A DNA stretch of 64,000 nt from the NCBI GenBank assembly GCA_029548485.1, contig JAKPNH010000006.1, positions 13,937-77,936 of the forward strand, written 5' to 3'. Of this stretch, positions 9,954 to 19,610 are shown piece by piece. Numbering within the stretch: the first letter of the stretch is position 1; every line of letters starts with the position of its first letter. A program made the translations under genes and the position numbers. The stretch comes from a bacterium. Lineage in GTDB: Bacteria; Patescibacteriota; Minisyncoccia; UBA6257; Colwellbacteraceae. The notes beneath the pieces are model-generated. The model ran no database searches. It was not told the DNA's origin and saw only the letters and a program-made list of their open reading frames with translations.

Positions 9954-10403
9954 TCAAACCTCCTTGACGATCTCGATAATCTCAAACGGATGGGCCTTCA
10001 AGTAATGACCTTCTTTGCTGAATTTGATTTTCTCTTTTAACGGAACCGGAAGCATTTCCGGAATTTGGTTGATTACCTTGTCCGGAGCGAGAATATAAAC
10101 ACCATCGATGTTGGAGGCTTTCAAATTTTTATCAAAAACTTCGCCGAAGTTTTTGGCGAACTCTTTGGCGGCGATTTTTTGGTAATCGTTGTCGTATGAC
10201 AATCCTCCTCTGACGCCGGTTCCCGGAACGGCCTTCAGATAGATATTCTTTTCGTTTTCGTATTTCACTTTGTCGAATTCGAATCCGGCCGCTTTGTTTA
10301 TTTCTCCGGCCGAAGCCAGGTAGAAATCGGCTTCGAAAACACCGGCGACGATGATCAAAGCGTTTTCTTTGTTGAATTGGGGAAGCTTCGAGGATATTTT
10401 CAT
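9954..10403 (-). CDS. Host-attachment / baeRF-like (eRF1 domain-2-like) protein
   Basis: Pattern resemblance only: hydrophobic N-terminal strands, Gly-rich loop, 'VYILAP' strand. Confidence 0.5.
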   Translation of the reverse strand: MKISSKLPQFNKENALIIVAGVFEADFYLASAGEINKAAGFEFDKVKYENEKNIYLKAVPGTGVRGGLSYDNDYQKIAAKEFAKNFGEVFDKNLKASNIDGVYILAPDKVINQIPEMLPVPLKEKIKFSKEGHYLKAHPFEIIEIVKEV

Positions 10404-10477
10404 ATGCTTTTATTATACATTCTTGGATAAAAAATAGGACGAGGTTGCCGTTAGGCTGCTCGTCCCGAAGACCTAGG

Positions 10478-10741
10478 CTAAAGAGAAAGAGCGTGGACGC
10501 CGTGGCGATAATTATCCGTAGCCAGGCGGATTTCATTGGCCGCCTTAGGGCAGTCGCGACTGGCCCTTTTCAGTGCTTCGACGATTGCCTCTTCGTCCAT
10601 CTGGCAGACCTCCTTAACGCTAACCGCCCTTTGCAAGGCATTAAGCGCCAATTGGAACTGCCGGCTGCGGGAGAGATGGGGATATCTGACGCCAATATCC
10701 TTTAGCTTTTTCAGCAGGGTTTCCTCTTTAACGTTTATCAA
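10478..10741 (-). CDS. Orphan hypothetical protein (87 aa)
   Basis: TTG start follows AAAGGAGG SD and a TTGCAA/TATTAT promoter. Confidence 0.6.
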   Translation of the reverse strand: MINVKEETLLKKLKDIGVRYPHLSRSRQFQLALNALQRAVSVKEVCQMDEEAIVEALKRASRDCPKAANEIRLATDNYRHGVHALSL

Positions 10742-10841
10742 GGCTTTTCCCTCCTTTCTCCTTGAACGCATAATATCCAATATGCGTTGTTTTGCAAGTC
10801 GCGTTCTCCCAGGCTTCAAGAAGCCTTGCTATAATGTTTAT

Positions 10842-11144
10842 ATGAAAGGTTTCATTAATTTTATCAGGGAGCAGAAGGTAGTGGGGCTCGCGGTCGGGTT
10901 TATCCTCGGCGGCGCCGTTTCAAAGGTCGTTTCCTCGTTGGTATCGGATATTATCAATCCTATTTTATCCGTGATTTTGGGAGCGGCGGACGATCTAAAA
11001 AATGCGATCTTGCAGATCGGCCCGGTTCGAATACTCTACGGCAATTTCTTGAGTGCCCTTATCGACTTCACGGTGGTCGCCGCGGTTGTCTATTTCGGGG
11101 TGAATATGATCGGCATAAACAAGCTTGACAAGAAAAAAGAATGA
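10842..11144 (+). CDS. mscL: Large-conductance mechanosensitive channel
   Basis: MKGFINFIRE..VVGLAVGFILGGA..VSSLVSDIINP..YGNFLSALIDF. Confidence 0.93.
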   Translation: MKGFINFIREQKVVGLAVGFILGGAVSKVVSSLVSDIINPILSVILGAADDLKNAILQIGPVRILYGNFLSALIDFTVVAAVVYFGVNMIGINKLDKKKE

Positions 11145-11152
11145 TATTCTTT

Positions 11153-11184
11153 AAAAACAGCCTCGATTCGCGGGGCTGTTTTTT
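11153..11184. terminator. Bidirectional intrinsic terminator
   Basis: AAAAACAGCCTCG-ATTCG-CGGGGCTGTTTTT. Confidence 0.75.
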
Positions 11185-11192
11185 AATCTCGT

Positions 11193-11726
11193 TTACTTTA
11201 AGAACCTGAAGGACGAAACGATATTCTCCGCCGTCTCCGCGTAATCTGTGCCATAGACGGCGATGAACAGATATTCGGTCGGACTTTTTTCTATATAGTA
11301 TCCCGGTCCGTCCGGGCCGTCGCCTCCGGAATGGTCGATTTTCAATACCTGGAGTCCGTTGATTTCGGTCGCGACAAGATTGCCGCTCGGACGCATGTCT
11401 CCGTCTTCGGCGAGGCTATCCCTAATGAAAGATATGAGGTTGTTGTCTGCTGGCTTGGCGTTGAGCCCGGAGATTTCGATAACTACCCGATCGGCTTCCA
11501 TCTGATCTCCTTCGGGATAATTGGAAAGAAGGAGATCGGACTCGTCGATCGGATCCACAGGCCCCCAGGAAGAAGGGTATTTAATGGAATACCCTTGAGA
11601 AACATTTTCGTATCTGGACCAGCCAGCCGTGGGATCCAGCGACCTCCTTACGACCATTATCATGAAAACAACGACCACAACGACCAATAGAATTAAAAGC
11701 AATATATTAATGGTTCTTTGGTTCAT
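11193..11726 (-). CDS. Membrane-anchored PsbP/Mog1-like surface protein
   Basis: N-terminal TM, W..YEN...GYSIKYPSSW, terminal IVSSFRF. Confidence 0.65.
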   Translation of the reverse strand: MNQRTINILLLILLVVVVVVFMIMVVRRSLDPTAGWSRYENVSQGYSIKYPSSWGPVDPIDESDLLLSNYPEGDQMEADRVVIEISGLNAKPADNNLISFIRDSLAEDGDMRPSGNLVATEINGLQVLKIDHSGGDGPDGPGYYIEKSPTEYLFIAVYGTDYAETAENIVSSFRFLK

Positions 11727-11810
11727 AAGATCATTATACAATTTTCTTTTATCTTATTCCTTGTTTTCTTCAGAAAAGATCAAAAATCCCGTTAAAACGG
11801 GATTATCTAG

Positions 11811-11882
11811 TGCCCCCGGGAGGAATCGAACCCCCATTACGAGATCCGCAATCTCGCGTCCTATCCGTTGAACGACAAGGGC
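11811..11882 (-). tRNA. tRNA-Arg(GCG)
   Basis: CGAGA-TTGCGGA-TCTCG anticodon arm. Confidence 0.92.
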
Positions 11883-11978
11883 AATGTTTAAAGATTAGGC
11901 GTTTTAAAGCCAAAAATCAACGAGTTCTATCCTCGCGTTGCGGCATTTTCCGAATTCCGATATTCTTGTTTATATATC

Positions 11979-12692
11979 ATGGCCAAGAACTACAAAAAGG
12001 ATTTTTCCTATTCATACGCCGTCGGCGTTTTTCCGGTAATCGAGCTTTTAAGAAATAAGCCTGATAAAGCCACTAAGGTCTATATCCATCCGAAAGGCGA
12101 GAGGAACACCGGCATAAAAGAAATAGTGGACATTTGCGGAAAAGCGGACATTCCGATCGAGAAAAACGGCCGCTTTATCGAAAAAGTCTCTTCAAGCGAG
12201 AATGTTTACGCGGCCGCTGTTTTCAATAAATACGAGAGCCGATTAAATCCGGACGTGAACCATGTGATCCTGGTGAATCCGAGCGATCCGGGAAACCTGG
12301 GAACGATCTGCCGGACCATGATCGGATTCGGCTTCTCCGATCTCGGGATCATCAAGCCCGGAGCCGATATTTTCGATCCGAAAACGATCCGGGCGTCCAT
12401 GGGCGCGATCTTCCAGCTGAATTTCCGATATTTTTCTTCATTCGAGGAGTATCAAAAGAACTTCAAGCAGAACGTATATGTTTTCATGACCGACGCTAAA
12501 GAAACTTTGGGCAGGTTCTCTTTCAAAAAACCCTATGTTTTCGTGTTCGGAAACGAGGGAGGAGGACTCGATCCAAAGTTCAAAAAAATAGGCGACAGCA
12601 TAAAAATCCCGCAAAGCGGCAAAGTGGATTCTTTGAATCTTTCGGCGGCCGTGGCCGTGAGCCTCTACGAAGCAGGGAAGCCGAATCTTTAG
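11979..12692 (+). CDS. TrmH/SpoU family RNA methyltransferase
   Basis: DPGNLGTICRT, VFGNEGGG, IPQSGKVDSLNLSAA. Confidence 0.93.
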   Translation: MAKNYKKDFSYSYAVGVFPVIELLRNKPDKATKVYIHPKGERNTGIKEIVDICGKADIPIEKNGRFIEKVSSSENVYAAAVFNKYESRLNPDVNHVILVNPSDPGNLGTICRTMIGFGFSDLGIIKPGADIFDPKTIRASMGAIFQLNFRYFSSFEEYQKNFKQNVYVFMTDAKETLGRFSFKKPYVFVFGNEGGGLDPKFKKIGDSIKIPQSGKVDSLNLSAAVAVSLYEAGKPNL

Positions 12693-13183
12693 AGGGGCCT
12701 AAGCGGATTGTTCCGCAAGATATCTTCCACTTCTTCGAATCCTTCGGGAAAAGCGAAGTTATATCTCGCCGGCAAAGCAAAAACGTAATTTTGGTTCCGG
12801 CCGAGCTCCATCGGAGGGATCGGCGCCGCGGAAACAAAAAGATCGTCCGCCATCACCTTGGTCCATTGATCGATGGTGAAAACCATGATCGGAATATCTT
12901 GTCTCGGTTTTTCTTCGGTCCAATGCGGATGCCTGATGAAAATAAGCGGACCCTCTTCGGAAAAGATATCTCCCGTTTCTCCGGGGATATGCCCTTGCCA
13001 AACGGATTCGACGATCGTGTATCCTTGCCAGCTTAACGGTAGGTCAAAAGAGAATCCATGTTGGCTGTTTTGATATTCAAGAGAAGTCGTCGGCTGATCG
13101 ACTTTGTTTTTTAAAACGTAATAGCTCGCGAGGCCGATCGCGGCGATCAAAATGAGGATCAAAAGGACATTTTTGTTTTTCAT
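12689..13183 (-). CDS. Membrane-anchored hypothetical protein
   Basis: N-terminal TM, YQNSQHGFSFDLPLSW. Confidence 0.7.
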   Translation of the reverse strand: MKNKNVLLILILIAAIGLASYYVLKNKVDQPTTSLEYQNSQHGFSFDLPLSWQGYTIVESVWQGHIPGETGDIFSEEGPLIFIRHPHWTEEKPRQDIPIMVFTIDQWTKVMADDLFVSAAPIPPMELGRNQNYVFALPARYNFAFPEGFEEVEDILRNNPLRPL

Positions 13184-14154
13184 ATGCCAATTTTATCTCC
13201 GAAAGGTCGGATCTCCAAATCCACGAAATCGACCAGATAGCCGTCTACTTCGTCTTTTTTCTTGTACTCGAAAACCGGCCGGCTGTCTTTGAAAATAACG
13301 ATTCTGTCTTTTTCCGCCACAAGACTGTCTCCGAGAGACAGATTTTGTTTTACCCGGTTTTCTACAAAGGTAAACGGCGGCACAGTTCCAGTATATTTCA
13401 AGATTCCATTTTCCACTTTTCCGTCGAAGGCGATCCAGTCGAAAGTATTAAAAATCAAGAAAGGCCTTTGTAAGGCATTCTTAAAGAAATCGAACAACTC
13501 GGGAATATTCTCCTTCATCCATTTGGCTACCAGGCGTCCGATTTCGACGCTTTTTTCGCAATCATAGCGGCAAGGAAGATGGGTGATGAAAGAGACATTC
13601 AACAAATTTATTTCTTTTTCTTCATTGCCTGCGGCCATAAGGAATTTTAGATGATTGCTTTCGCTGTTTTTTCTCCAATACTCATCAGCGTTTTTAAAAT
13701 CTTCGGGAGTGTCGAGCCTGGTCGGGAAATTCAGAAGGTTATTGATGACAAACGGAGCAGATTGATTCGGAGGAAAAATATCGAATATCAGTTGGCGTCC
13801 GCGGATATAAGGGGCTTGGGTCACTCTTTTAACATGTCTTTTGACGCAGCATTCGGGATACCCGAGAAACTTTCCGAGTTCGTAGTTATTCGAGACGTTC
13901 TCGGCTGCCTGCTCCGCCAGACGTCGATCTCGAGAAATCAAGGCGATTTCTTTTCGTTCTCCTAAAATATTTTTATTTGTTTTGACGATATGCGCTTCCG
14001 GAAAAACGGAACGAAAATTCTCGATTTCGGCTTCCTTGTAAGCCGCGTAAATTACCGGTTTTATACCGATGATGAAACTTATCAGTTCGGAGATGTAAAT
14101 ATCAGAAGTATATTCGGCGCCGAAATAGGAGGCGATAATGTCCCGGTAGTTCAT
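13180..14154 (-). CDS. DUF483-like Cys/His-rich protein
   Basis: LGYPECCV and HLPCRYDC motifs; start uncertain (14154 or 14229). Confidence 0.6.
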   Translation of the reverse strand: MNYRDIIASYFGAEYTSDIYISELISFIIGIKPVIYAAYKEAEIENFRSVFPEAHIVKTNKNILGERKEIALISRDRRLAEQAAENVSNNYELGKFLGYPECCVKRHVKRVTQAPYIRGRQLIFDIFPPNQSAPFVINNLLNFPTRLDTPEDFKNADEYWRKNSESNHLKFLMAAGNEEKEINLLNVSFITHLPCRYDCEKSVEIGRLVAKWMKENIPELFDFFKNALQRPFLIFNTFDWIAFDGKVENGILKYTGTVPPFTFVENRVKQNLSLGDSLVAEKDRIVIFKDSRPVFEYKKKDEVDGYLVDFVDLEIRPFGDKIGI

Positions 14155-14294
14155 AGGTTTATCGTGTCGCTGCCACATTCGTTTTGTGGCTTGCGGTATT
14201 TTTCTTCGACAAAATCCCTGCTTTTCCAACGATATCCATTAAGTAAGACATAATCTACATAGATAAATTACACGAGAAAGCCTTTTTCGACAAC

Positions 14295-14328
14295 AAAAAA
14301 GCCCATACGATATCATCATCGTATGGCC
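14295..14328 (-). terminator. Intrinsic terminator
   Basis: CCATACGAT...ATCGTATGG stem followed by a U-tract on the minus strand. Confidence 0.65.
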
Positions 14329-14567
14329 GCAGCCCGCTTTATCGGGCCAAGATTTCGGCCGCCAGCCTTTCTATCAAACAAAAGTTCTGTCCAGCCTTCC
14401 GGGATATAGTCTCCGGAGGCGATAAGCCGTTCGTATTCGTCGATCCATCCCTCGACGTTTTAGTCTCCTTTGATTTCGACGGAGACACCTGACTCGGCGT
14501 GGATAATACGGATTTTATTGTAGGGTAAATCGGGTGACGCGGCAATGAGTCCGAATCTCGGTTTCAT
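14316..14567 (-). pseudogene. Small ORF interrupted by an in-frame TAA
   Basis: MKPRF...EIKGD*NVEGWIDEYERLIASGDYIPEGW...; frame continues past TAA at 14460-14462. Confidence 0.4.
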
Positions 14568-14616
14568 GGTATGATTACAATAATTGTTGAAGAACAAATA
14601 AGGTAAGAATCATTTC

Positions 14617-15039
14617 ATGCAACCCTGGATTATTTATTCTTTGCTGTCGGCGATTTTCGCGGCTTTGGTTGCGATTTTGGGAAAGATCGGAGTCCAAAAT
14701 ATCGACAGCACCTTGGCCACAACGGTCCGCGCCTTTATTATGGCCGGATTTTTGTTTTTGACTGTCTGGTTTTCGGGAAAATTGCCGTTATTGGGCACCA
14801 TTCAAAGCGGCCCCTTATTGTTTATTGTGCTGTCGGGCATCGCCGGCGCCGTATCCTGGCTATTTTATTTTCTGGCCCTCAAACAAGGAACAGCCACCGG
14901 CGTGGCTGCTTTAGATCGATTGAGCATCGTCTTTGTGTTGATTTTTTCATTATTGTTTTTGGGCCAAAAGCTCACTTGGAAAGCGGGCATCGGAGCGATT
15001 CTCATGGTTTTCGGCGCGATTTTGATGACCCTTCAGTGA
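14617..15039 (+). CDS. EamA/DMT family transporter
   Basis: Five TM segments, SAIFAALVAILGKIG, SWLFYFLAL. Confidence 0.9.
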   Translation: MQPWIIYSLLSAIFAALVAILGKIGVQNIDSTLATTVRAFIMAGFLFLTVWFSGKLPLLGTIQSGPLLFIVLSGIAGAVSWLFYFLALKQGTATGVAALDRLSIVFVLIFSLLFLGQKLTWKAGIGAILMVFGAILMTLQ

Positions 15040-15102
15040 GAAATCCGTATTTATCCTTCGAAGCCATCGGGATTCCGACCGTGAATTATTAAAACAAAGA
15101 AT

Positions 15103-15750
15103 ATGATTGTTCAGATCTACGAAATAAACAGCCCCGAATTGGCTAAAGAAGTTTCGGAAATAGGGGTGGATCACATCGGCGTATTGGTCGGGAGCGGAAA
15201 ATATCCGAGAGAAATACCGATCGAAGAGGCGAAAGAAATCTTTTCCGCGGTTTCCGGCAACTCGAGGGGAGTCGCCTTGACCCTATCCGACAACCTCGAG
15301 GAGATATTTAAAATCGTCGACGAATTAAACCCTGACATTTTGCACGTGGGCGCAGACGAGGAGGCGCTGCCGTTAAGTAAGGTGGGGCTAATTCGCGAGG
15401 GGTATCCGGCGCTTAAAATAATGAGAGCCGTCGCAGTCAGCGGAAAAGAAAGCATCGCTATCGCTAAGAGTTACGAGAAAATCGCGGATTATCTGCTTCT
15501 AGACACTTATAAATCCCAATTGGGAGCGACCGGCCAAGTTCACGACTGGAACATAAGCAAGGATATCGTCGAGGCCGTGAAAATACCCGTTATTTTGGCC
15601 GGAGGGTTGGGCCCTGATAATGTCGCCGAAGCCATTCAGAAGGTTAATCCGGCGGGAGTGGACTCGAAAACAAAGACGGACAAAGCCGGCAGCGACGAAA
15701 AAGACATAGGAAAAATAAAAGAATTCGTCGCCATCGCTAAATCTTCTTGA
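15103..15750 (+). CDS. trpF: Phosphoribosylanthranilate isomerase (TrpF)-like TIM barrel
   Basis: LLLDT...GATGQVHDW, ILAGGLGPDNV, PAGVDS; N-terminal KICG motif altered. Confidence 0.75.
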   Translation: MIVQIYEINSPELAKEVSEIGVDHIGVLVGSGKYPREIPIEEAKEIFSAVSGNSRGVALTLSDNLEEIFKIVDELNPDILHVGADEEALPLSKVGLIREGYPALKIMRAVAVSGKESIAIAKSYEKIADYLLLDTYKSQLGATGQVHDWNISKDIVEAVKIPVILAGGLGPDNVAEAIQKVNPAGVDSKTKTDKAGSDEKDIGKIKEFVAIAKSS

Positions 15751-15798
15751 ATGAAGATCCGATAAGTCGCGCGAGTCACCGGTTTTGGGCGCGAAACT

Positions 15799-15888
15799 TG
15801 GCGGAGAGGCAGGGATTCGAACCCTGGAAGCCCTTGCGAGCTTAACACGTTAGCACCGTGTCCCATTAGACCGCTCTGGCACCTCTCC
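15799..15888 (-). tRNA. tRNA-Ser(GCT)
   Basis: Long variable arm, G73, encoded CCA. Confidence 0.92.
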
Positions 15889-15966
15889 TTGAACGCAAAA
15901 GCAAAACGCGATTTTGCTTTATTTTCGCTTGTTTTTATACCATTTTTCTGCTAATTTTACAAAGCG

Positions 15967-17385
15967 ATGCCGGAAAATAAAGAAAATTTGGAAAAGCGTT
16001 CTCCCGTAGTCGTGGTCTTGGGACACGTCGACCACGGCAAAACCACGCTTCTGGACTGGATCCGCAAAACCAAGACCGCCGAAAAAGAAGCCGGCGGCAT
16101 TACCCAATCGATCGGCGCCTATGAAATCATCCATAACGGCGAAAGAATCACTTTTTTGGACACCCCGGGACATGAAGCTTTCAAGGCGATGCGGCTTCGG
16201 GGCGCGACCGTGGCCGATATGGCTATTTTGGTCGTGGCTGCCGACGAAGGGCTGAAGCCCCAGACCGAGGAATCGATCAGGATTTTGAAAGAAACGGAAA
16301 CGCCTTACGTCATCGCTTTCACCAAAACCGACCTTCCGACCGCCAATATCGAAAAGATACAAAATGATCTGGCGGCCAAAGAGGTTTTGCTCGAGGGCCG
16401 GGGTGGAGACGTGAGTTGGCAGGCGGTTTCCGGCAAGACCGGCGAAGGCGTGAATGAACTTTTGGACTTGGTATTACTCCTGGCCGAGTTTTTGGATTTG
16501 ACTTTCGATCCCGGGATCGAAACCCGAGGGTTTGTTATCGAGTGCCGCAAAGATCCGAGGCAGGGAAATATCGCAACGCTCATCGTCAAAGACGGCCTTT
16601 TGGAACCGGGAATCGCCATCAAAACCCTGACAGCCGACGGAAAAATAAAAATACTGCAAGATTATGCCGGCCGGCCGGCGGAAAGCCTCAGGCCTTCGAG
16701 TCCGGCTTTGGTGATTGGTTTCAACAACCTTCCGCAGATCGGCGAAGAGTTTATTGTCGGGGACGGAAAGCTGACAGCTCCGATCGTTGAAGGAATCAAA
16801 GCGGCGGAAAAAGAAAAACAGGAATTGAGGCCGGCGGTGCTCAAGGCCGACGTGGCCGGATCGCTCGAGGTCTTGAAAGATATTTTCAGCGATAAGGTGA
16901 ATATTCTTGAGGCTTCGGCCGGGGAAATCACCGACGGCGATATCAAAACCGCCATTTCCGGGAAGGCTTTCATCATCGCCTTCAGGACGAAAATGAACCG
17001 TTTGGCCGAAGGATACGCCAAGAATCAGCAGGTGAGGATTCTTAGCTCGGAAATCATTTACGATCTGATCGAGCAGGTCGACGATTATCTGAACACTTTC
17101 AAAGAAGAGGAGGCGAGCGGCAAGCTGAAAGTCCTGAAAATCTTCGGCAAAAGCGGCAGCGAACAAACTGTCGGCGGAGAAGTCGTCGAAGGCGCGATCC
17201 AGAACAACCGTCGCATCACTATTTACAGGAACAATATCGAATTGGGCGAAGGCCGGATCATCAATCTTCAGGAAAACAAAGTCGATGTCCAGGAAGTGAA
17301 AGCCGGCAGTCAAGGCGGGCTTCTCGTCGAGTCGTCGATCATCATCAAACCCGGAGATGAAATTTCGCAAAGAGCGGTTAAATAG
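15967..17385 (+). CDS. infB: Translation initiation factor IF-2 (no N-terminal domain)
   Basis: [27 protein letters not shown]. Confidence 0.96.
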   Translation: MPENKENLEKRSPVVVVLGHVDHGKTTLLDWIRKTKTAEKEAGGITQSIGAYEIIHNGERITFLDTPGHEAFKAMRLRGATVADMAILVVAADEGLKPQTEESIRILKETETPYVIAFTKTDLPTANIEKIQNDLAAKEVLLEGRGGDVSWQAVSGKTGEGVNELLDLVLLLAEFLDLTFDPGIETRGFVIECRKDPRQGNIATLIVKDGLLEPGIAIKTLTADGKIKILQDYAGRPAESLRPSSPALVIGFNNLPQIGEEFIVGDGKLTAPIVEGIKAAEKEKQELRPAVLKADVAGSLEVLKDIFSDKVNILEASAGEITDGDIKTAISGKAFIIAFRTKMNRLAEGYAKNQQVRILSSEIIYDLIEQVDDYLNTFKEEEASGKLKVLKIFGKSGSEQTVGGEVVEGAIQNNRRITIYRNNIELGEGRIINLQENKVDVQEVKAGSQGGLLVESSIIIKPGDEISQRAVK

Positions 17386-17686
17386 CGTCCTTCGGGACGA
17401 ACTCTCGAAAACAATCCAGAAAGAAATCGAATTTCCAGCCGGGGTTTTGGCGACGATCACCGAAGTCGACACCGCGCCCGACTTTAGCGAAGCCAAAGTC
17501 GGCGTGGCCGTTCTCCCTTCGAACAGATCAGTCGAAGTTCTGAAGATATTGAACGGACAAGCCAGCCATTTTTACAGCTTTGTTTTCAAGAAACTCAAGA
17601 TTTACAGCGTTCCGAAAATAAAGTTTGTTTACGACCCCGGCTCGGAAAACGCCGCCAGGGTTGAGGAAATCTCTTTAAAACAATAG
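17357..17686 (+). CDS. rbfA: Ribosome-binding factor A
   Basis: RKERLNS..TITEVD..D.SEAKV..VPKIKFVYD; follows infB. Confidence 0.9.
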   Translation: MKFRKERLNSVLRDELSKTIQKEIEFPAGVLATITEVDTAPDFSEAKVGVAVLPSNRSVEVLKILNGQASHFYSFVFKKLKIYSVPKIKFVYDPGSENAARVEEISLKQ

Positions 17687-17701
17687 AATAAAATCAGTTT
17701 C

Positions 17702-17776
<75 letters not shown>

Positions 17777-17777
17777 G

Positions 17778-17863
17778 GCCCAGGTGGCGGAATGGTATAC
17801 GCGAAGGACTTAAAATCCTTTGTTCGCAAGGACTTGTGGGTTCGAGTCCCACCCTGGGCACCA
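17778..17863 (+). tRNA. tRNA-Leu(TAA)
   Basis: AAGGA-CTTAAAA-TCCTT, variable arm, encoded CCA. Confidence 0.95.
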
Positions 17864-18115
17864 GTAAGAATTTGCAAGTATTTTGGCGTCGCCTCGCTCG
17901 GCGACTAAATTATAGGGAACCTTGGGCGAAAAAATCAGTTGGCGGTTTTGCCGCCTTTTTTATAAGAAAAATGATTGATTTTATTATATTTATCTTACAT
18001 AAATTCTGTCCACCAACCCGCTGATTGACTAGGGGCGGGTTTATGTTATAGAGAAAGTGACCCAAGCGGTCGGCAGCCGGCGGACTTTGAAAACTTAATG
18101 AAAGGAGGGTCGAAA

Positions 18116-18478
18116 ATGGATTTTCTCGAAGATCTGCGTTCAAGAGCCCTGAAGGAGGGAGTCGATGCGATTGTTGTCAGAAACGTCGTTGAGCGATTAG
18201 AAAAAAGCGACGTCGGCGGTCGCTTGAAATTCCTGGTGGCTATCAACAGTCACGGACCTCCTCTCATCGAATATGCCATCGGCGTTATGAATTTTCGTCG
18301 CGGCATAGTCTCGAGTAAGGAGATCGCTAAGAGAATGGAAGAAATGATGGAGCGCGGCTTCAGAGAGGATCTTCTCAAGAATCTGAATAGGGAGATCACT
18401 TTGGCCACTGCTTCTCCTAGTTCCTCCAAGAGTCACCTTCGGTCGCCCCGAGGAGTCCCTAGATCCAGAGGAGGGTAG
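18116..18478 (+). CDS. Orphan hypothetical protein
   Basis: AAAGGAGG SD at 18101-18108; TTGACT/TATAGA promoter; downstream hairpin. Confidence 0.65.
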   Translation: MDFLEDLRSRALKEGVDAIVVRNVVERLEKSDVGGRLKFLVAINSHGPPLIEYAIGVMNFRRGIVSSKEIAKRMEEMMERGFREDLLKNLNREITLATASPSSSKSHLRSPRGVPRSRGG

Positions 18479-18573
18479 TCATGGAAGAACCACATCCGCA
18501 ACAAAATTCTTAAAAGGCTCTTTTCGCCAATGGCGGGAAGAGCCTTGTTATCTCCAGAGTTTATATACAAATA

Positions 18574-18954
18574 TTATTCCTCGGGTTTTATTTTCAGTTT
18601 TTTGACCCGGCCGCGGTTGAGCTTCGGCAGTCTGATTTTCAGGATGCCGTTTTTGAAATCCGCCCGGGCTTTGTCCGGATCGATTTCCTGGGGAAGGATG
18701 ACCGATCTCGAAAACCTTCCCCAATAGCATTCCTGATGGAGATAGTCTTCGTCGGCGATCACTTCTTCTTTCCGGCGTTCGCCTTTGATGGTGACGGATT
18801 CGTTCGTGATGTCGATGTCGAGATCTTCGGGTTCGACGCCGGCGATGGTCGATTCGACGAAAATATCATCGGGCGTCTGATAAACGTCGATGGTGAGCTG
18901 CCCTTCGCTTTCTTCGGCGATCTTCGCTAAATCGAAATTATTTTCTTCGTTCAT
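18574..18954 (-). CDS. Hsp20/alpha-crystallin small heat-shock protein
   Basis: IDVYQT, GRFSRSVILP, ADFKNGILKIRLPK. Confidence 0.95.
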   Translation of the reverse strand: MNEENNFDLAKIAEESEGQLTIDVYQTPDDIFVESTIAGVEPEDLDIDITNESVTIKGERRKEEVIADEDYLHQECYWGRFSRSVILPQEIDPDKARADFKNGILKIRLPKLNRGRVKKLKIKPEE

Positions 18955-19610
18955 GTGGTTTCTCTAAGCTTATCAAAATAGCCGAACAATAAAAAGGCCA
19001 GGACGACCAGAAAGATCGTCGGCATAAGCGCCGGCCCGGATTTGAGTATCATTTCGTTGAATCCGGCGTGTATCAGAATGGCTCCGGCGACGCCCCAGAC
19101 GATTTTTTTGCGCGACCAGAAATACCCCAGGAATCCCGAAGCGATGGCGTGCATCAGGGTGGCTCCGATGAACCGGAGCAGGGCCAGATTGACGAGTTCG
19201 TTCATGTTCATCGCGGCCGAAAGGAAAAAGAGCAAGTTTTCCATGGTGGCGAATCCGAGGCTAGCGGTGATCATGTAGATCATGCGGTCGATGAGTTCGT
19301 CGAAAAACCGCGATTTGCGGATGAATATCCAGATCACGCCAAACTTGATCGATTCCTCGATCAGGCTATTGACGACGAGCGAAATCCGCGAGTAATCCGC
19401 GATTCCCCAGGCCGGCGAGTTCATGGCGAAGATCTGTTCGCAGGCTATGGCCACCCAGGCCGAAGCGAGGCCGAGAACAAAGGTGGCGAAAAGCAGGCTT
19501 TTCGGTTCCGGGTGTTCGTCGTCTTCCAAAAGAAAGAAGGAAAGCCAAACGATTCCGAGAATAAGGCCGATGCCTCCGGAAATCAAAAGTTTGAGAAAAG
19601 TCAGTTCCAT
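18951..19610 (-). CDS. prsW: PrsW family intramembrane protease
   Basis: IEESIK, LGFATMEN, MHA, IHAGFN motifs. Confidence 0.9.
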   Translation of the reverse strand: MELTFLKLLISGGIGLILGIVWLSFFLLEDDEHPEPKSLLFATFVLGLASAWVAIACEQIFAMNSPAWGIADYSRISLVVNSLIEESIKFGVIWIFIRKSRFFDELIDRMIYMITASLGFATMENLLFFLSAAMNMNELVNLALLRFIGATLMHAIASGFLGYFWSRKKIVWGVAGAILIHAGFNEMILKSGPALMPTIFLVVLAFLLFGYFDKLRETT

